A program made the translations under genes and the position numbers. 64,000 nt of DNA from Candidatus Latescibacterota bacterium (lineage in GTDB: Bacteria > Latescibacterota > UBA2968 > UBA8231), in assembly GCA_965203175.1 (NCBI GenBank), contig OZ241867.1, forward strand, positions 192,001-256,000. The letters are read 5' to 3'. The notes beneath the pieces are model-generated. The model had not been told where the DNA came from. It did no database searches and was given only the letters and a program-made list of their open reading frames with translations. Positions within the stretch are counted from its first letter, which is position 1. Every line of letters starts with the position of its first letter. This document shows positions 50,343-62,216 of this stretch, piece by piece.

Positions 50343-52442
50343 CTACTCCACCGACACTTCGTACTGCCCGGCCCGCCGCAACACCATCACCACTCGCTCT
50401 TCTTGGCTGATTAGTTCCTGCACGTGGAAGTTGGGGTGGGCCTTCTCGTTGCGCCACACCGTCTCGCCGTTGATCTCAATTTGGGGGAAGCGCTTGTCGC
50501 AGCGGGGTACCGACAAGTGAGTTTCGCCGTCGTGCGGCACGGAAAGGCGCGCGGAAAAGCCGCCACCATACGCCCCCCAAGCGATCTCGACATCGCCGTG
50601 TGGCGTGGGCACGACGCCCTCGGCGCGTTCGAGCCCGGACAACTGCGGCCGAATCCCTAAGATCCCCTCGGCCGTAGGCACAACCCCTAGCACGTGCGCC
50701 GCCAACAAGCTCTCTGGCCCAGGTTGCGCGGCCACTGACCCGGCCTTCTCACCCCACGTCCGACCCGGACGTGCCAGCAAGCGGCCCCATTTTCTCTGTA
50801 CGTAAGCCAAGGCCGCCGTATCTGCGCCCGCCTGCCACAGCGCCCCAGCGACAAAAAACGCCTGCCACCAATCGTCTTCTGACGTCGAACTGCCGGATAG
50901 GTGTTGCGCCACCCGTACCTGCTGTCTAGAGTTGGCCAAATCGAAGTAGAGCACCAAGGCATTCGTCCAGCGGCTGCAATCGCCGGACCCGACGGCATCG
51001 GCAAAAAGCCCTTGCTCTTCGCTCCAAGCGGCTTGCAATGCCTTGCGCGCCCGGTGATGAGCGCGCTCGCATTGGACCGCTTGTTGACGGTCGCCCGTGC
51101 GTCGGCACAAGGCCGCGACCGCCAGCCAAGCCCCAGCCTGCAAAGCGACAACAGCAGTCGCCGACGCACCCTCGGCCTCGACCGTTTGCAAGCTGTTCAC
51201 TAGGTCCGCTAGCCGCTCGGCAGTCAAACGCTCGCCGTCGTAGCGCTGCGTCAGTTCGACGAACAGCGCGTGGAAACAAGCCTGTTCCCCGCCAATAGGT
51301 GTCTCGCTACCGGCCAGCACGGCGCGCGCCGTATCCACGCTGCCAGTCACATATAAATCGTTCATGGCCCAAACGTAGAGCTGATCCCAGTTGAGCTGTT
51401 GATCGCCGAGGGCGTACACTTCTTGGCGGCTAGCGGCCAAAGTTTGCTCCCCAGTCCCCCACAGCCGCTCCCAATCTTCGCCCACGGTTGTAAAACGCCC
51501 GCGCGCCGCGACATCCACGCGCCGCTCCACTAGCGAGACGCTGTCTATTTCCATGTCTTCTGGGCACGATCCGATTCGCACCACTAGGTAGCGGCACATC
51601 GCCAATTGCGGCGCTGTCCACTCCTGCAACCCATCGCGGCACACGTAGCGCAAGCGCGATTCCACCGCGCCTACCGCCCGCGTAAAACCTAAGTCAATCA
51701 CCGCGCCGAACTGGCCCCGCAGCCGCAGATGGGGAAATCCGCAGAGCAACCGCCCGAAATCCAAAACTATATACGCGGCCCGGGCAGCGTCTGTCGCCTG
51801 CACCAAGGAGTGAGTTTTACCACCTGTCAGAAACGCTTCCCGTCGCACGCATTTGGCAGTCTGCATGGTCTCGGGGAAAGCGATCCATTCGAGCGCACCT
51901 TCGCTAGCTACCTCGCCAAAAGCCGCCACCTCCCGCGCCCACGCCATGCTTTCCACCGCGGGCAACGGCGACCAATCCCTCGGCGCGGCTCCGGCCACTA
52001 CAGCCGCTTCCCGCCATCCCGCAAACCGCCCTTTGGCCCACCCAGCCGGTGCCAGCGCGGCTACATAGCCGGCTGCGCCCCAAGCATCGGCCGGCTGCAC
52101 CTGCCAAGGCTCGCCCGTGTACAGCACCTGCTCGGCCCCGTCGCTGCACTCAATCTTTCCTTCGGCGCAGAACCAGTCCGCTGTGCCGCAGCCTATGGCA
52201 AAGACCAACAGCACATTTTCGCCATCCCGCAGCGCAGCGTCCAACGCGAATTGCTCCCACATGGCCACCTCGGCCACCGCTGGCCCTAACCCCCTGCCCA
52301 CTCGCTCGCCATTCAAGTACACCTCGTACGGTCCACTCGCAGCACAGCGCAGCAGCCCTTTGGCTGCTGCGCTGTTCAGGTAGAATTCGAGACGGGTATA
52401 TACGGCCAAAGCGGCCGGGTGCCATATAGCTTGCGAGCGCAT
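50343..52442 (-). CDS. GH78 alpha-L-rhamnosidase-like protein (divergent)
   Basis: YEVYLNGERVGRG, LDFGR, RYLVV, C-terminal IRPQL..L..AEG.VPTPHGDVEIAW; catalytic region degenerate. Confidence 0.7.
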   Translation of the reverse strand: MRSQAIWHPAALAVYTRLEFYLNSAAAKGLLRCAASGPYEVYLNGERVGRGLGPAVAEVAMWEQFALDAALRDGENVLLVFAIGCGTADWFCAEGKIECSDGAEQVLYTGEPWQVQPADAWGAAGYVAALAPAGWAKGRFAGWREAAVVAGAAPRDWSPLPAVESMAWAREVAAFGEVASEGALEWIAFPETMQTAKCVRREAFLTGGKTHSLVQATDAARAAYIVLDFGRLLCGFPHLRLRGQFGAVIDLGFTRAVGAVESRLRYVCRDGLQEWTAPQLAMCRYLVVRIGSCPEDMEIDSVSLVERRVDVAARGRFTTVGEDWERLWGTGEQTLAASRQEVYALGDQQLNWDQLYVWAMNDLYVTGSVDTARAVLAGSETPIGGEQACFHALFVELTQRYDGERLTAERLADLVNSLQTVEAEGASATAVVALQAGAWLAVAALCRRTGDRQQAVQCERAHHRARKALQAAWSEEQGLFADAVGSGDCSRWTNALVLYFDLANSRQQVRVAQHLSGSSTSEDDWWQAFFVAGALWQAGADTAALAYVQRKWGRLLARPGRTWGEKAGSVAAQPGPESLLAAHVLGVVPTAEGILGIRPQLSGLERAEGVVPTPHGDVEIAWGAYGGGFSARLSVPHDGETHLSVPRCDKRFPQIEINGETVWRNEKAHPNFHVQELISQEERVVMVLRRAGQYEVSVE

Positions 52443-52444
52443 AC

Positions 52445-53848
52445 TCAATTTACGGGCATCCGCATCCCCACCAGCCGCGTCCCCCGATCTCCCAGCACCC
52501 GCATCATAAACGCGGCCCCCGGCTTAATTTCTTCCAATACGTCTTCATAATCTTCCACATTTTCCACCACGGTTTCCGCCTGTTTGTATTTGATCGCCTG
52601 AATGAGTTCCCCTCGACGCAAACCCCGCTTCGCCGCCTCGCTGCCTCTGGCCACTCGCACGACCATCACCCCAGATTCATCTTCGTATCCCAAGCGTTCC
52701 AAGCGTTCCGCCCACTCGTCTTTCAGGTTCTCTACCCTTATCCCCAACGGCCCCCTCGCCCCGTCGGAATCGCGGGAACCGGCTGTCGAGGCGAACACCT
52801 CCTCGGTCAGGGCCTCCAGTTCGACCTCAATGCGCTTTTGCTCGCCGTCGCGTAGCACCAGCAACTCGACCTCCACGCCGGGAGCCGTGCGCCCGATTAG
52901 GCTCCGCAGACCGACTGCGTTATGCACGGGCTGGCCATCGACTTCCAGCACGATGTCGTCCCTTTTGACGCCGGCCTTATCCGCCGCTCGGTCAGGGCTT
53001 ACGCCAGTGATCAACACACCTTGGGTATTGTCCAACCCCATGGCTTCAGCCAACAGCGGCTCCAAGTTGTCGATACTCACGCCGAGAAAACCGCGCCGCA
53101 CCTCACCGTGCTCAATGAGTTGCTCGGCCACATGCTTGACCAAGTTGATTGGAATGGCAAAGCCAATGCCTATATTGCCGCCGTCGTTGCTAGAAATGGC
53201 AGTGTTGATGCCCACAAGCTCCCCGCGCAAGTTGACCAAGGCACCGCCGCTATTGCCCATATTGATGGCGGCGTCGGTCTGGATGAAAGAGCCGTACTCA
53301 GGTCCGAAACGCGCCCGCCCCAACGCACTGACCGTGCCTATAGTCACGGAGTAAGCCAAGCCCAAGGGGTGGCCTATGGCTATCACCCACTCGCCCTCGC
53401 GCAGTTGGTCTGAGTCGCCCATTGTCAAGGTGGGTAGGTCGTCGGCATCGATCTTCAGCACGGCGACATCGCTCAACGAATCGCGGCCGACCACCTCGGC
53501 TGCAAAGAAGCGCGAATCCGTCCCCTCTACGCGGATGTCGTCGGCGTGGCGAATCACGTGGTTATTGGTGATGATGTACTGCTGGCCGTCAAATTCGGCG
53601 ACCACGCCCGAACCCTGGCCACGACGCGGCTGATCGGGAGTACGGAAGGGCCTTCCCCACGGAAGGTCAAATATGCGGCCTTCCTCAGTCCCCTCCGTAG
53701 TGATTTTTACGACGCCGGGCTTGAGCTGTGCAGCGAGTTCGGCGAAGCCATCGCTCATCTGGCGCAGGAACTGCAAGTTCTCGCTGGCTTGGGCACTGCC
53801 AGCCACGGCGAGGCTTAAAATGAGCAGGGACAGGTACAACTTCCGCAT
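52445..53848 (-). CDS. degP: Do/HtrA-family serine endopeptidase with two PDZ domains
   Basis: GSGV, TNNHV, DVAVLK, IQTDAAINMGNSGG, RGFLGV; signal peptide. Confidence 0.93.
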   Translation of the reverse strand: MRKLYLSLLILSLAVAGSAQASENLQFLRQMSDGFAELAAQLKPGVVKITTEGTEEGRIFDLPWGRPFRTPDQPRRGQGSGVVAEFDGQQYIITNNHVIRHADDIRVEGTDSRFFAAEVVGRDSLSDVAVLKIDADDLPTLTMGDSDQLREGEWVIAIGHPLGLAYSVTIGTVSALGRARFGPEYGSFIQTDAAINMGNSGGALVNLRGELVGINTAISSNDGGNIGIGFAIPINLVKHVAEQLIEHGEVRRGFLGVSIDNLEPLLAEAMGLDNTQGVLITGVSPDRAADKAGVKRDDIVLEVDGQPVHNAVGLRSLIGRTAPGVEVELLVLRDGEQKRIEVELEALTEEVFASTAGSRDSDGARGPLGIRVENLKDEWAERLERLGYEDESGVMVVRVARGSEAAKRGLRRGELIQAIKYKQAETVVENVEDYEDVLEEIKPGAAFMMRVLGDRGTRLVGMRMPVN

Positions 53849-53919
53849 GGTATTTCCTCTCTGAAAAGGGTGTGAAAATACGGATATTTCTCAATGTCCA
53901 CAAAAAAAGACGACAAGTG

Positions 53920-56070
53920 CTAACTATCGGTTCCCGCTTCCAGTGGCTGGTGTCGCACGGCCAATTGGCCTTCTTCGAGCACCACCTCAACCTGCGACCC
54001 CTCGGGCATGTCGCCGGCCACCAGCAAGCGAGCGATCCGCGTTTCGAGCTCGCGCTGCAAAAATCGCTTGAGTGGTCGAGCGCCATAGACTGGGTCGAAA
54101 CCTGCGTGGGCAATGTGCCGACGCGCCGGTGCAGCGACCGCGAGCTCAATGTGCTTGGCAGCCAGCCGCTGGCGCAGTTCGTCAATCAGCAGTTCGACGA
54201 TTTCCTCTATCTCCGCCAAGGTCAGCGGCTTGAAGAGCACCACGTCGTCGATCCGGTTGAGAAACTCCGGGCGAAAGTGCGCCCGCAACTCGCCCATGAC
54301 CTGCTGGCGCACAGACTCGGCGATCTCCCCTTTCGGCGTCAGCCCCTCGACCAAGTGCGGCGAGCCAATGTTGGAAGTCATAATCACCACGACGTTCTTA
54401 AAATCCACCACCCGGCCCTGCGCGTCGGTGAGCCGCCCATCGTCCAAAAGCTGCAACAGCGCGTTAAAAACGTCCGGGTTCGCCTTTTCAATTTCGTCGA
54501 AAAGCACCACCGAGTAGGGCTTGCGGCGCACGGCCTCGGTTAGCTGGCCGCCCTCCTCGTAGCCCACGTACCCAGGAGGAGCGCCCAATAGCTTGGACAC
54601 CGAGTGCTTTTCCATGTATTCGCTCATGTCTAAGCGCACTATGTTATCCTCGGCGTCGAAGAGGGCTTGCGCCAGAGCCTTGGCCAGCTCGGTCTTGCCC
54701 ACCCCCGTCGGTCCTAGGAAAACGAAAGAGCCGATCGGCTTTTGCTCGTCTTTGATGCCGGAGCGCGCCCGCATCACGGCGTCGGCCACCAGGCTCACGG
54801 CCTCGTCCTGACCCACGACTCGCTGGTGCAGGGTCTGGTCGAGGCGCGCTAGCTTCTCGCGCTCGCCCTCGGTCAGCCTCTGCAGCGGAATGCCAGTCCA
54901 GCGCGAGACAATCTCGGCCACCTCCTCTTGGGTGACTTCCTCGCGCAGCAGTCGCGGGCCATCGCCCTCGGCCGCTTGCTGCGCCGCCGCTAACTGCCGC
55001 TCCAACTCCGGCAATTTTCCGTGTTTCAGTTCAGCGGCGCGGTTCAGGTCGTATTGGCGCTCGGCTTCTTCGATTTGATGCCGAACCTGCTCAATTTCCT
55101 CGCGCAATGCGCGCTCGCCCACCAAGGACGCTCGCTCCTCCTCCCACTGGGCGCGCAAAGCACCGGCCTGTACCTTGAGGTCGGCCAGTTCCTTGAGCAG
55201 GCTTTCGAGGCGTTCCTCGCTGGTTTTGTCCTGCTCCTTTTTCAGCGCAGCTTCCTCGATCTCTAGCTGCATGACCCGGCGCTCTACTTGGTCTAACTCG
55301 GCTGGCACCGAGTCGATCTCCGTGCGAACGGTGGCGCACGCCTCGTCGATCAGATCGATGGCCTTGTCTGGCAAGAAGCGGTCCGAGATGTAGCGATTGG
55401 ACAGTACGGCTGCATCTACCAAGGCATTGTCTTGGATGCGCACGCCGTGGTGAACCTCGAATCGCTCGCGCAAGCCCCGCAGGATCGAGATCGAATCCTC
55501 TACTGTGGGAGCGTCTATTAGCACCGGCTGAAAGCGCCGCTCCAGCGCGGCGTCCTTCTCAATGTGCCGGCGGTGTTCGTCGAGCGTGGTCGCGCCGATG
55601 CAGTGCAGCTCGCCACGAGCCAGCATGGGTTTGAGCATATTGCCCGCGTCGGTCGATCCCTCGGTCTTGCCAGCGCCGACGATGGTGTGCAGCTCGTCGA
55701 TGAAGAGCAAGATACGCCCTTCGCTGGCACGGATTTCGTCGAGCACGGCCTTGAGCCGCTCTTCAAACTCGCCCCGGTACTTGGCCCCGGCCATCAGCGC
55801 ACCCATGTCCAGTGCAAAGATCGTCTGATCCTGCATCCACTCAGGGACATCGCCGCGCACAATGCGCTGTGCCAAACCCTCGATGATCGCGGTCTTGCCC
55901 ACGCCTGGCTCGCCGATGAGCACGGGGTTGTTCTTGGTCTTGCGCGAGAGGATGCGGATGGTGCGGCGTATCTCTTCGTCGCGCCCAATCACCGGGTCGA
56001 GCTGACCGGCGCGCGCCTGGGCCACCAAGTCGAGTCCGTAGCGCTCAAGGGCCTCATAGCTAGTATTCAT
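53920..56070 (-). CDS. clpB: ClpB disaggregase lacking the N-terminal Clp-repeat domain
   Basis: GEPGVGKT and GPTGVGKT; coiled-coil middle domain (RAAELKHG); GAPPGYVGY; GARPL. Confidence 0.93.
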   Translation of the reverse strand: MNTSYEALERYGLDLVAQARAGQLDPVIGRDEEIRRTIRILSRKTKNNPVLIGEPGVGKTAIIEGLAQRIVRGDVPEWMQDQTIFALDMGALMAGAKYRGEFEERLKAVLDEIRASEGRILLFIDELHTIVGAGKTEGSTDAGNMLKPMLARGELHCIGATTLDEHRRHIEKDAALERRFQPVLIDAPTVEDSISILRGLRERFEVHHGVRIQDNALVDAAVLSNRYISDRFLPDKAIDLIDEACATVRTEIDSVPAELDQVERRVMQLEIEEAALKKEQDKTSEERLESLLKELADLKVQAGALRAQWEEERASLVGERALREEIEQVRHQIEEAERQYDLNRAAELKHGKLPELERQLAAAQQAAEGDGPRLLREEVTQEEVAEIVSRWTGIPLQRLTEGEREKLARLDQTLHQRVVGQDEAVSLVADAVMRARSGIKDEQKPIGSFVFLGPTGVGKTELAKALAQALFDAEDNIVRLDMSEYMEKHSVSKLLGAPPGYVGYEEGGQLTEAVRRKPYSVVLFDEIEKANPDVFNALLQLLDDGRLTDAQGRVVDFKNVVVIMTSNIGSPHLVEGLTPKGEIAESVRQQVMGELRAHFRPEFLNRIDDVVLFKPLTLAEIEEIVELLIDELRQRLAAKHIELAVAAPARRHIAHAGFDPVYGARPLKRFLQRELETRIARLLVAGDMPEGSQVEVVLEEGQLAVRHQPLEAGTDS

Positions 56071-56111
56071 GTCGGTTTCCTCTCAGAAGTCGGTTTTGCC
56101 TATCCGAATGA

Positions 56112-56128
56112 TTGCAAATACCGTACCA
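56112..56128 (-). promoter_or_regulatory. sigma54 (-24/-12) promoter of clpB
   Basis: Minus strand TGGTAC-GGTAT-TTGCA with exact GG-N10-GC spacing, about 40 nt upstream of the ATG. Confidence 0.65.
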
Positions 56129-56222
56129 GTGCCGATATGTATCCTTTTGACACATTTTGACCGTCGAATGGGACATTGTGGCACACAAACCATTGGAATG
56201 GGCAAAAAAGACCGAGGGGCCG

Positions 56223-57665
56223 TCAGACGATACTCAAGCGAAAGAACATCACGGAAATGGCAGTGCCCTTAGCTATTCCCGGTAAGAGGCCGCCGCGCAT
56301 GGCGAGGCTGGTCTCCAAGAAGCGGATCTGCATGGACGACAGCACAAACGGACCGAAGCCAAAGCCGACCGCCGAGCTGCTGCTCCGCCCGCCCAACGAC
56401 AGGCCAATGCGGGCCGGCAACCAGTCCGCCAACCAGTACTCGACTCCGCCGGCCAGCCGCGGCCGAGTCCGCATCCCAAACTTGGAGCTGAACGCCTGGT
56501 CCCAATTGCCAACCACCGTTAGCTGGGGCTTGGCCTGATAGGCCACTCCGAGCCGCAGCATGGCCGGTAGCGAGCGCGAGAACGGCTTTTGGCTGATCTG
56601 CTTGGTAAAGTCTGGATCGCCGTCGCCGTCGAAATCCGGGTTGTCGAATACTTCCTCAATGGACCGCGAGTCCGCGTCCAAAAAACGGGAGATGCGCAGT
56701 TCGTTGGTCGCAAGGAAAATGGAATCTTGGCGCACTTCCTCATTCCAAGAGAAGGTGTCGATCAAGTTGAGCGCACTGAAGCTGAAGGTCGTCTTGCGAT
56801 TTTTGGCTCGGCCAGCAATGCCGACGTCGATGCCAACGCCGACGCCCATTTTGGCGTGCTGGGCAATCAGCCAAGCATCCGCTTCGGCACCGCCGACATG
56901 GGCTACCAGTCCGGTGCCGCCGGATTCGATAATCTCTCCGTAGCTACCCATCGAGAGCTTGAGCGTACTGCCGACTGTGAACTCGCTTAGATAGGGCGCG
57001 AGACGCGCAGGCAGTGCGGGCTTCGCAACGGCGACATTGAGCGTACCCACCGCCCACCCCGATCCATTCCAGTCGCTGATGTCGTACCCTTCGCTCTTGC
57101 CGGCCGCCAAGCGGTCCTCCGCAAACTCATTGCCAAAAAAGAAAAGCTCTAACACGTCCTTGGGAATTTCGCTCTCGACCCCGCTGGTAAATCCCACGGC
57201 AATAGCCGAGCGCACTTCCTCGACTGCAAAGGCCACACCTCCGTTGAGCGGGAGACCCGCGACGACCGTCGGCTCGATATCCCCGTTCATGCGCAGGCCC
57301 GCATCTGGGATGTCGGCGAGCAGGTTCTTTTTCTCCACCGGGCTGATGTAGTACGGACTGCCGTTGGGAGATACGTTATCGTTGGCAGCCGTGAAGTTGG
57401 CGTTGTATGTGGCGACTGAAAAACTGTTGTTTTCGACAGCCAAGCAAAGACCCGCGCCGAGCAAGTCCCAAGAAAACTTGCGGCTGTCCGACAGAGCTAA
57501 ATTCGCCGGATTCCAAAACACGGCTTCCGGCCCCCGGGCCAGTGCCGTATAGGCTTGACCCAGCGCCATGGCCCGTGGACTGGCGTCGCCGGGGACGGCG
57601 GCCACCTGCCTGTAAGCCCCGGCGATGAGCAGGGCCGCTATAATAATCAATCCCTTGCCTTGCAT
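56223..57665 (-). CDS. Outer-membrane beta-barrel of the FadL/PorV/DUF5723-like group
   Basis: Signal peptide; SPRAMALGQAYTALA...VFWNPANL hatch motif; LP..LRLGVAY, GGVEY, ARIG strands. Confidence 0.75.
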   Translation of the reverse strand: MQGKGLIIIAALLIAGAYRQVAAVPGDASPRAMALGQAYTALARGPEAVFWNPANLALSDSRKFSWDLLGAGLCLAVENNSFSVATYNANFTAANDNVSPNGSPYYISPVEKKNLLADIPDAGLRMNGDIEPTVVAGLPLNGGVAFAVEEVRSAIAVGFTSGVESEIPKDVLELFFFGNEFAEDRLAAGKSEGYDISDWNGSGWAVGTLNVAVAKPALPARLAPYLSEFTVGSTLKLSMGSYGEIIESGGTGLVAHVGGAEADAWLIAQHAKMGVGVGIDVGIAGRAKNRKTTFSFSALNLIDTFSWNEEVRQDSIFLATNELRISRFLDADSRSIEEVFDNPDFDGDGDPDFTKQISQKPFSRSLPAMLRLGVAYQAKPQLTVVGNWDQAFSSKFGMRTRPRLAGGVEYWLADWLPARIGLSLGGRSSSSAVGFGFGPFVLSSMQIRFLETSLAMRGGLLPGIAKGTAISVMFFRLSIV

Positions 57666-57672
57666 CTGCGCC

Positions 57673-59241
57673 CTACTTGACCAAGTCCTTGTTGAACTCC
57701 ATGAAAATCACCGCCCCAGCTTCTACGGCGACGAAGTCGCTCCCCCGCATCACTACCTCGCGCGGTGTCTTGTCCAGCTCGACCAGCATGCCCGTATAGA
57801 CGCCTTCCTCCCGCAGAAAGACCTCCACGTCTTCGTCCGAGAGCGCGATCCGTTGGTGGCTGAATGCACTTGTCACAACCTGTCCTTCGGGACCTACCTC
57901 GCCAGCCCCCACTGCAAAGGAACCCTGCTTGGGAATCCGCAGATAGCCGTTGGCTTCGTTATCGGTGAACAGGTCTTTGCTGCCGTACACATCCTCGGCC
58001 CTCGGCGCGACCCACAGACTGACGCGGATCGCAGTGGGCAGGTGATTTTCAATCGCGGTAACTGCAACGGCACTGTCGAGGCCAGCGTGGATGCGGCGGC
58101 GGGCATCGTCGTCCTGTAGGCGGCGAAAGATCGGATCGAACTCGATGTGGGTGTTTTCTTTTAGCTGAAAATAGCCCCGCGTAGCAAAGCGGACGTGGTC
58201 GATCTGCACCCAATGATCGGAATCGATTACCTCCACGGACTCGCCGTCGCCAATGCGCACGGTCGGCGAGACCGCGACTTCGGTCGGCAGCAGGTTGAGA
58301 AACTCGGTCAGCTCTGCGGAGGCCAACGACAAGGTGAGCGATACTGGGCGATCTGGGTCGCCGCGCTGGAATATTTCGGAAATCGTCAGGGAATCCCGCT
58401 CGCCGTGGCTATTGATACCCGCGATGTGAAGGTCAATGCGGCTGCGGAAACCAACTCCTGACGTCAGGCCGACTTCCAAGGCGACCGAGTTGAAGGCGAT
58501 CTGATCTAAGCCCGAAGGGAAATTGACCGCGCGGGCGACCGGAGCGACTGGCAGGATGACTTCGTTGAGCACCCCCTCGACGCGGCTAAGTAGCAAATCC
58601 TCGGTTTCGACCTCCAGCAATAGCTCGTTGGTGGCGGCCTCTGCGAACTCGCCCTGCACTCGGTATGAGAACTGTAATTCAAGGGGATTCTGCGGGGCAA
58701 ATTCGCTGCCAGCTAAGTCAAAGGGCACCACCTTGCTCTCGCTAGGGGCGAGCGCGTCGATGAGGAAGGCAGGGGGCGTACCGTCCGGCCTTTTGACATC
58801 GTCCAAGACCAGCTCGACCTGCAAGGGAATCGCAGTCTGGTTAGTCGCCTTGAGGGTCAGGCCGCCCTCGGCGATGATCGCGTGCGCGATTTGGATGCGG
58901 TCGTCGACGAAGGCGAGGACCTCGGTCTTGGCCATCGCACCGTCAGCCGGCTCAATCGGCACCGCCAAGGCAGCAGAGACGGGCGCGACGCGAAGGCGGT
59001 CGCCAACTTCTTCGCGATGATTGAAGTCCGCTGTAAAATCTACCGCGAGCAGGCCCTCGTCGTCTATCTTCAGGAAGCCGGGGCGCTCGTCGGCCAAGTC
59101 CTGAACCGTCGTTCGGTCGTCGGCAACCGGGATGCTGATCTGGAAATTGGTGCTGGGAATTTGGGGGGGATGTACCTCGCAGCCCGTCAACGCTCCAGCC
59201 CCTAGGAGTGCACCTAACCATCGGCACGGCACGGCATTCAT
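57673..59241 (-). CDS. Beta-rich lipoprotein of unknown function
   Basis: LTG-C lipobox; acidic, beta-strand-rich; directly upstream of the barrel gene. Confidence 0.7.
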   Translation of the reverse strand: MNAVPCRWLGALLGAGALTGCEVHPPQIPSTNFQISIPVADDRTTVQDLADERPGFLKIDDEGLLAVDFTADFNHREEVGDRLRVAPVSAALAVPIEPADGAMAKTEVLAFVDDRIQIAHAIIAEGGLTLKATNQTAIPLQVELVLDDVKRPDGTPPAFLIDALAPSESKVVPFDLAGSEFAPQNPLELQFSYRVQGEFAEAATNELLLEVETEDLLLSRVEGVLNEVILPVAPVARAVNFPSGLDQIAFNSVALEVGLTSGVGFRSRIDLHIAGINSHGERDSLTISEIFQRGDPDRPVSLTLSLASAELTEFLNLLPTEVAVSPTVRIGDGESVEVIDSDHWVQIDHVRFATRGYFQLKENTHIEFDPIFRRLQDDDARRRIHAGLDSAVAVTAIENHLPTAIRVSLWVAPRAEDVYGSKDLFTDNEANGYLRIPKQGSFAVGAGEVGPEGQVVTSAFSHQRIALSDEDVEVFLREEGVYTGMLVELDKTPREVVMRGSDFVAVEAGAVIFMEFNKDLVK

Positions 59242-59263
59242 CTGCTACTAGCCGCCCAAGGCC

Positions 59264-60430
<1,167 letters not shown>

Positions 60431-60449
60431 AGTGTATTCTCAAGCTCCT

Positions 60450-62216
60450 TCAGTGATACCTCTGACGCCAGAAGGGTACGTACTCGCCGACGGCATCTCC
60501 CAAGTGCTCGCGCACCTCAGTTCCAGTGTCCATGGCCAAGCATTCGTCGGCGATCTCCCGCGCCTTTTCCGCGTGAATAGCGCGAATGACCTCCTTGACT
60601 TCCGGAATGAGACCGGGGCTTAGACTCAGACAATTTAGCCCGAGACCAAGCAAGAGCGTCGTGGCCAAGGGGTCGCCGGCCATCTCGCCGCAGATGCTCA
60701 CGGGCGTGTTGGTGCGCTGGCCGCTGTCGGCGACCATCTTGATCAAGCGCAAGACCGCCGGGTGAAACGGGTCGTAGAGCCAAGCCACTTTGCTCATGCC
60801 GCGATCTACGGCCAATGCGTACTGGGTCAGGTCGTTGGTGCCGAGGCTAAAAAAATCTACTTCGCCGGCAAAGTGATCGGCCATCAAAGCCACGGACGGC
60901 ACTTCGACCATAATGCCCAACTTGCAATGCTCGGCAAAGGGCCGCCCCGCCGCTCGCAACTCGTCTTTGGCTTCCTCCACTAGCACCCGGATGCGCCGCA
61001 GTTCGTTCAAGCTAGATATCATTGGCAACAAAATTTGCGCCTCGCCGCGTACTCCGGCTCTGAGCAGGGCGCGCAACTGCGTCTTGAACAGATCTGGGGT
61101 ATCGAGACAAATGCGGATGCCGCGCCACCCCAAGAAGGGGTTGGCCTCGGGCGGCACCTCCAAGACGTGGGACAGCTTATCGCCTCCCAAATCCATGGTG
61201 CGAATCACTACGGGATGCGGGACCAGCGATTCGACGAGGGCGGAATAGACTTTGAACTGCTCCTCCTCGGAGGGTAAGCGGTAGTTGAGATACAGGAACT
61301 CGGTGCGGTACATGCCCACGCCGTTAGCGCCGTTGTCGAGCGCCATCTGTACTTCGGTCTGCACATCGACGTTGGCCATCAATGCGATTTCCTTCCCATC
61401 TTGAGTAACAGCGGGCAAGTTGCGACGCCGCTCTAGGTTGCGCTCGCGCCGCAGTTGACGCCGGCGACGCGCCCGATAGCGGCGCTCGCCGAGAGCATCG
61501 GGCCGCAGATGGACCTGGCCTTCGTTGCCATCGACGACCACCAAGTCGCCGTCTGCTACTTGCTGCGAACAGTCGCCAGTGCCAACTACCGTGGGTAGCT
61601 GCAACGAGCGGGCGATGATGGCCGCGTGCGAAGCCGCGCCGCCGGCATCGAGCACCACGCCTTTAATCCGGCGGCGCTCTAAGCGCACCATCTCCGAGGG
61701 CAGCAAGTCGTGGGCTAGGACAATCGTGTTGGCGCGGAGCGAATCGAGTGCTTTGACTTCGCCCCCTGCTAACCGCATCAATACCTGATTTTCGATGTCT
61801 GCGATGTCGCTTACCCTCGCCCGCAGGTATTCGTTCTCAATGCTGCCGAAGGCCTCTTTGACTTTCTCCAGTTCCTCGGCGTACGCCCGCTCGGCCGAAT
61901 AGTGCTTTTCGAGGATCAATCCCTCGGTGCGCTCTATGATGGATGAGTCCTCTAGCATGGCTAGCTGGGCGTCGAATATCTGCGCCAGTTCCTCGCCCTG
62001 CTCGCTGGCGACCCAGCGGCGAATGCGCCGAATCTCGTCCCCAGCCTGGTGGAGTATGTTGCGAAAGCGCTCGATCTCCTCCCCAACCAGATACGGCGCA
62101 ACGCGCTGGCGAGTAATAACCGGGGCCTGCTTGTCGTATGCGAAAGCCCGGCCAATGCCAATACCGGGAGAAACGCATATACCATCGAAAACCCTATGTT
62201 CACTGGTCGCGGTCAA
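60450..62216 (-). CDS. ptsI: PTS enzyme I (PEP-protein phosphotransferase)
   Basis: SHAAIIARS phospho-His; RTEFLY; DLGGDK; ANPFLGWRGIR; GTNDLTQY; CGEMAGD. Confidence 0.96.
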   Translation of the reverse strand: MTATSEHRVFDGICVSPGIGIGRAFAYDKQAPVITRQRVAPYLVGEEIERFRNILHQAGDEIRRIRRWVASEQGEELAQIFDAQLAMLEDSSIIERTEGLILEKHYSAERAYAEELEKVKEAFGSIENEYLRARVSDIADIENQVLMRLAGGEVKALDSLRANTIVLAHDLLPSEMVRLERRRIKGVVLDAGGAASHAAIIARSLQLPTVVGTGDCSQQVADGDLVVVDGNEGQVHLRPDALGERRYRARRRRQLRRERNLERRRNLPAVTQDGKEIALMANVDVQTEVQMALDNGANGVGMYRTEFLYLNYRLPSEEEQFKVYSALVESLVPHPVVIRTMDLGGDKLSHVLEVPPEANPFLGWRGIRICLDTPDLFKTQLRALLRAGVRGEAQILLPMISSLNELRRIRVLVEEAKDELRAAGRPFAEHCKLGIMVEVPSVALMADHFAGEVDFFSLGTNDLTQYALAVDRGMSKVAWLYDPFHPAVLRLIKMVADSGQRTNTPVSICGEMAGDPLATTLLLGLGLNCLSLSPGLIPEVKEVIRAIHAEKAREIADECLAMDTGTEVREHLGDAVGEYVPFWRQRYH

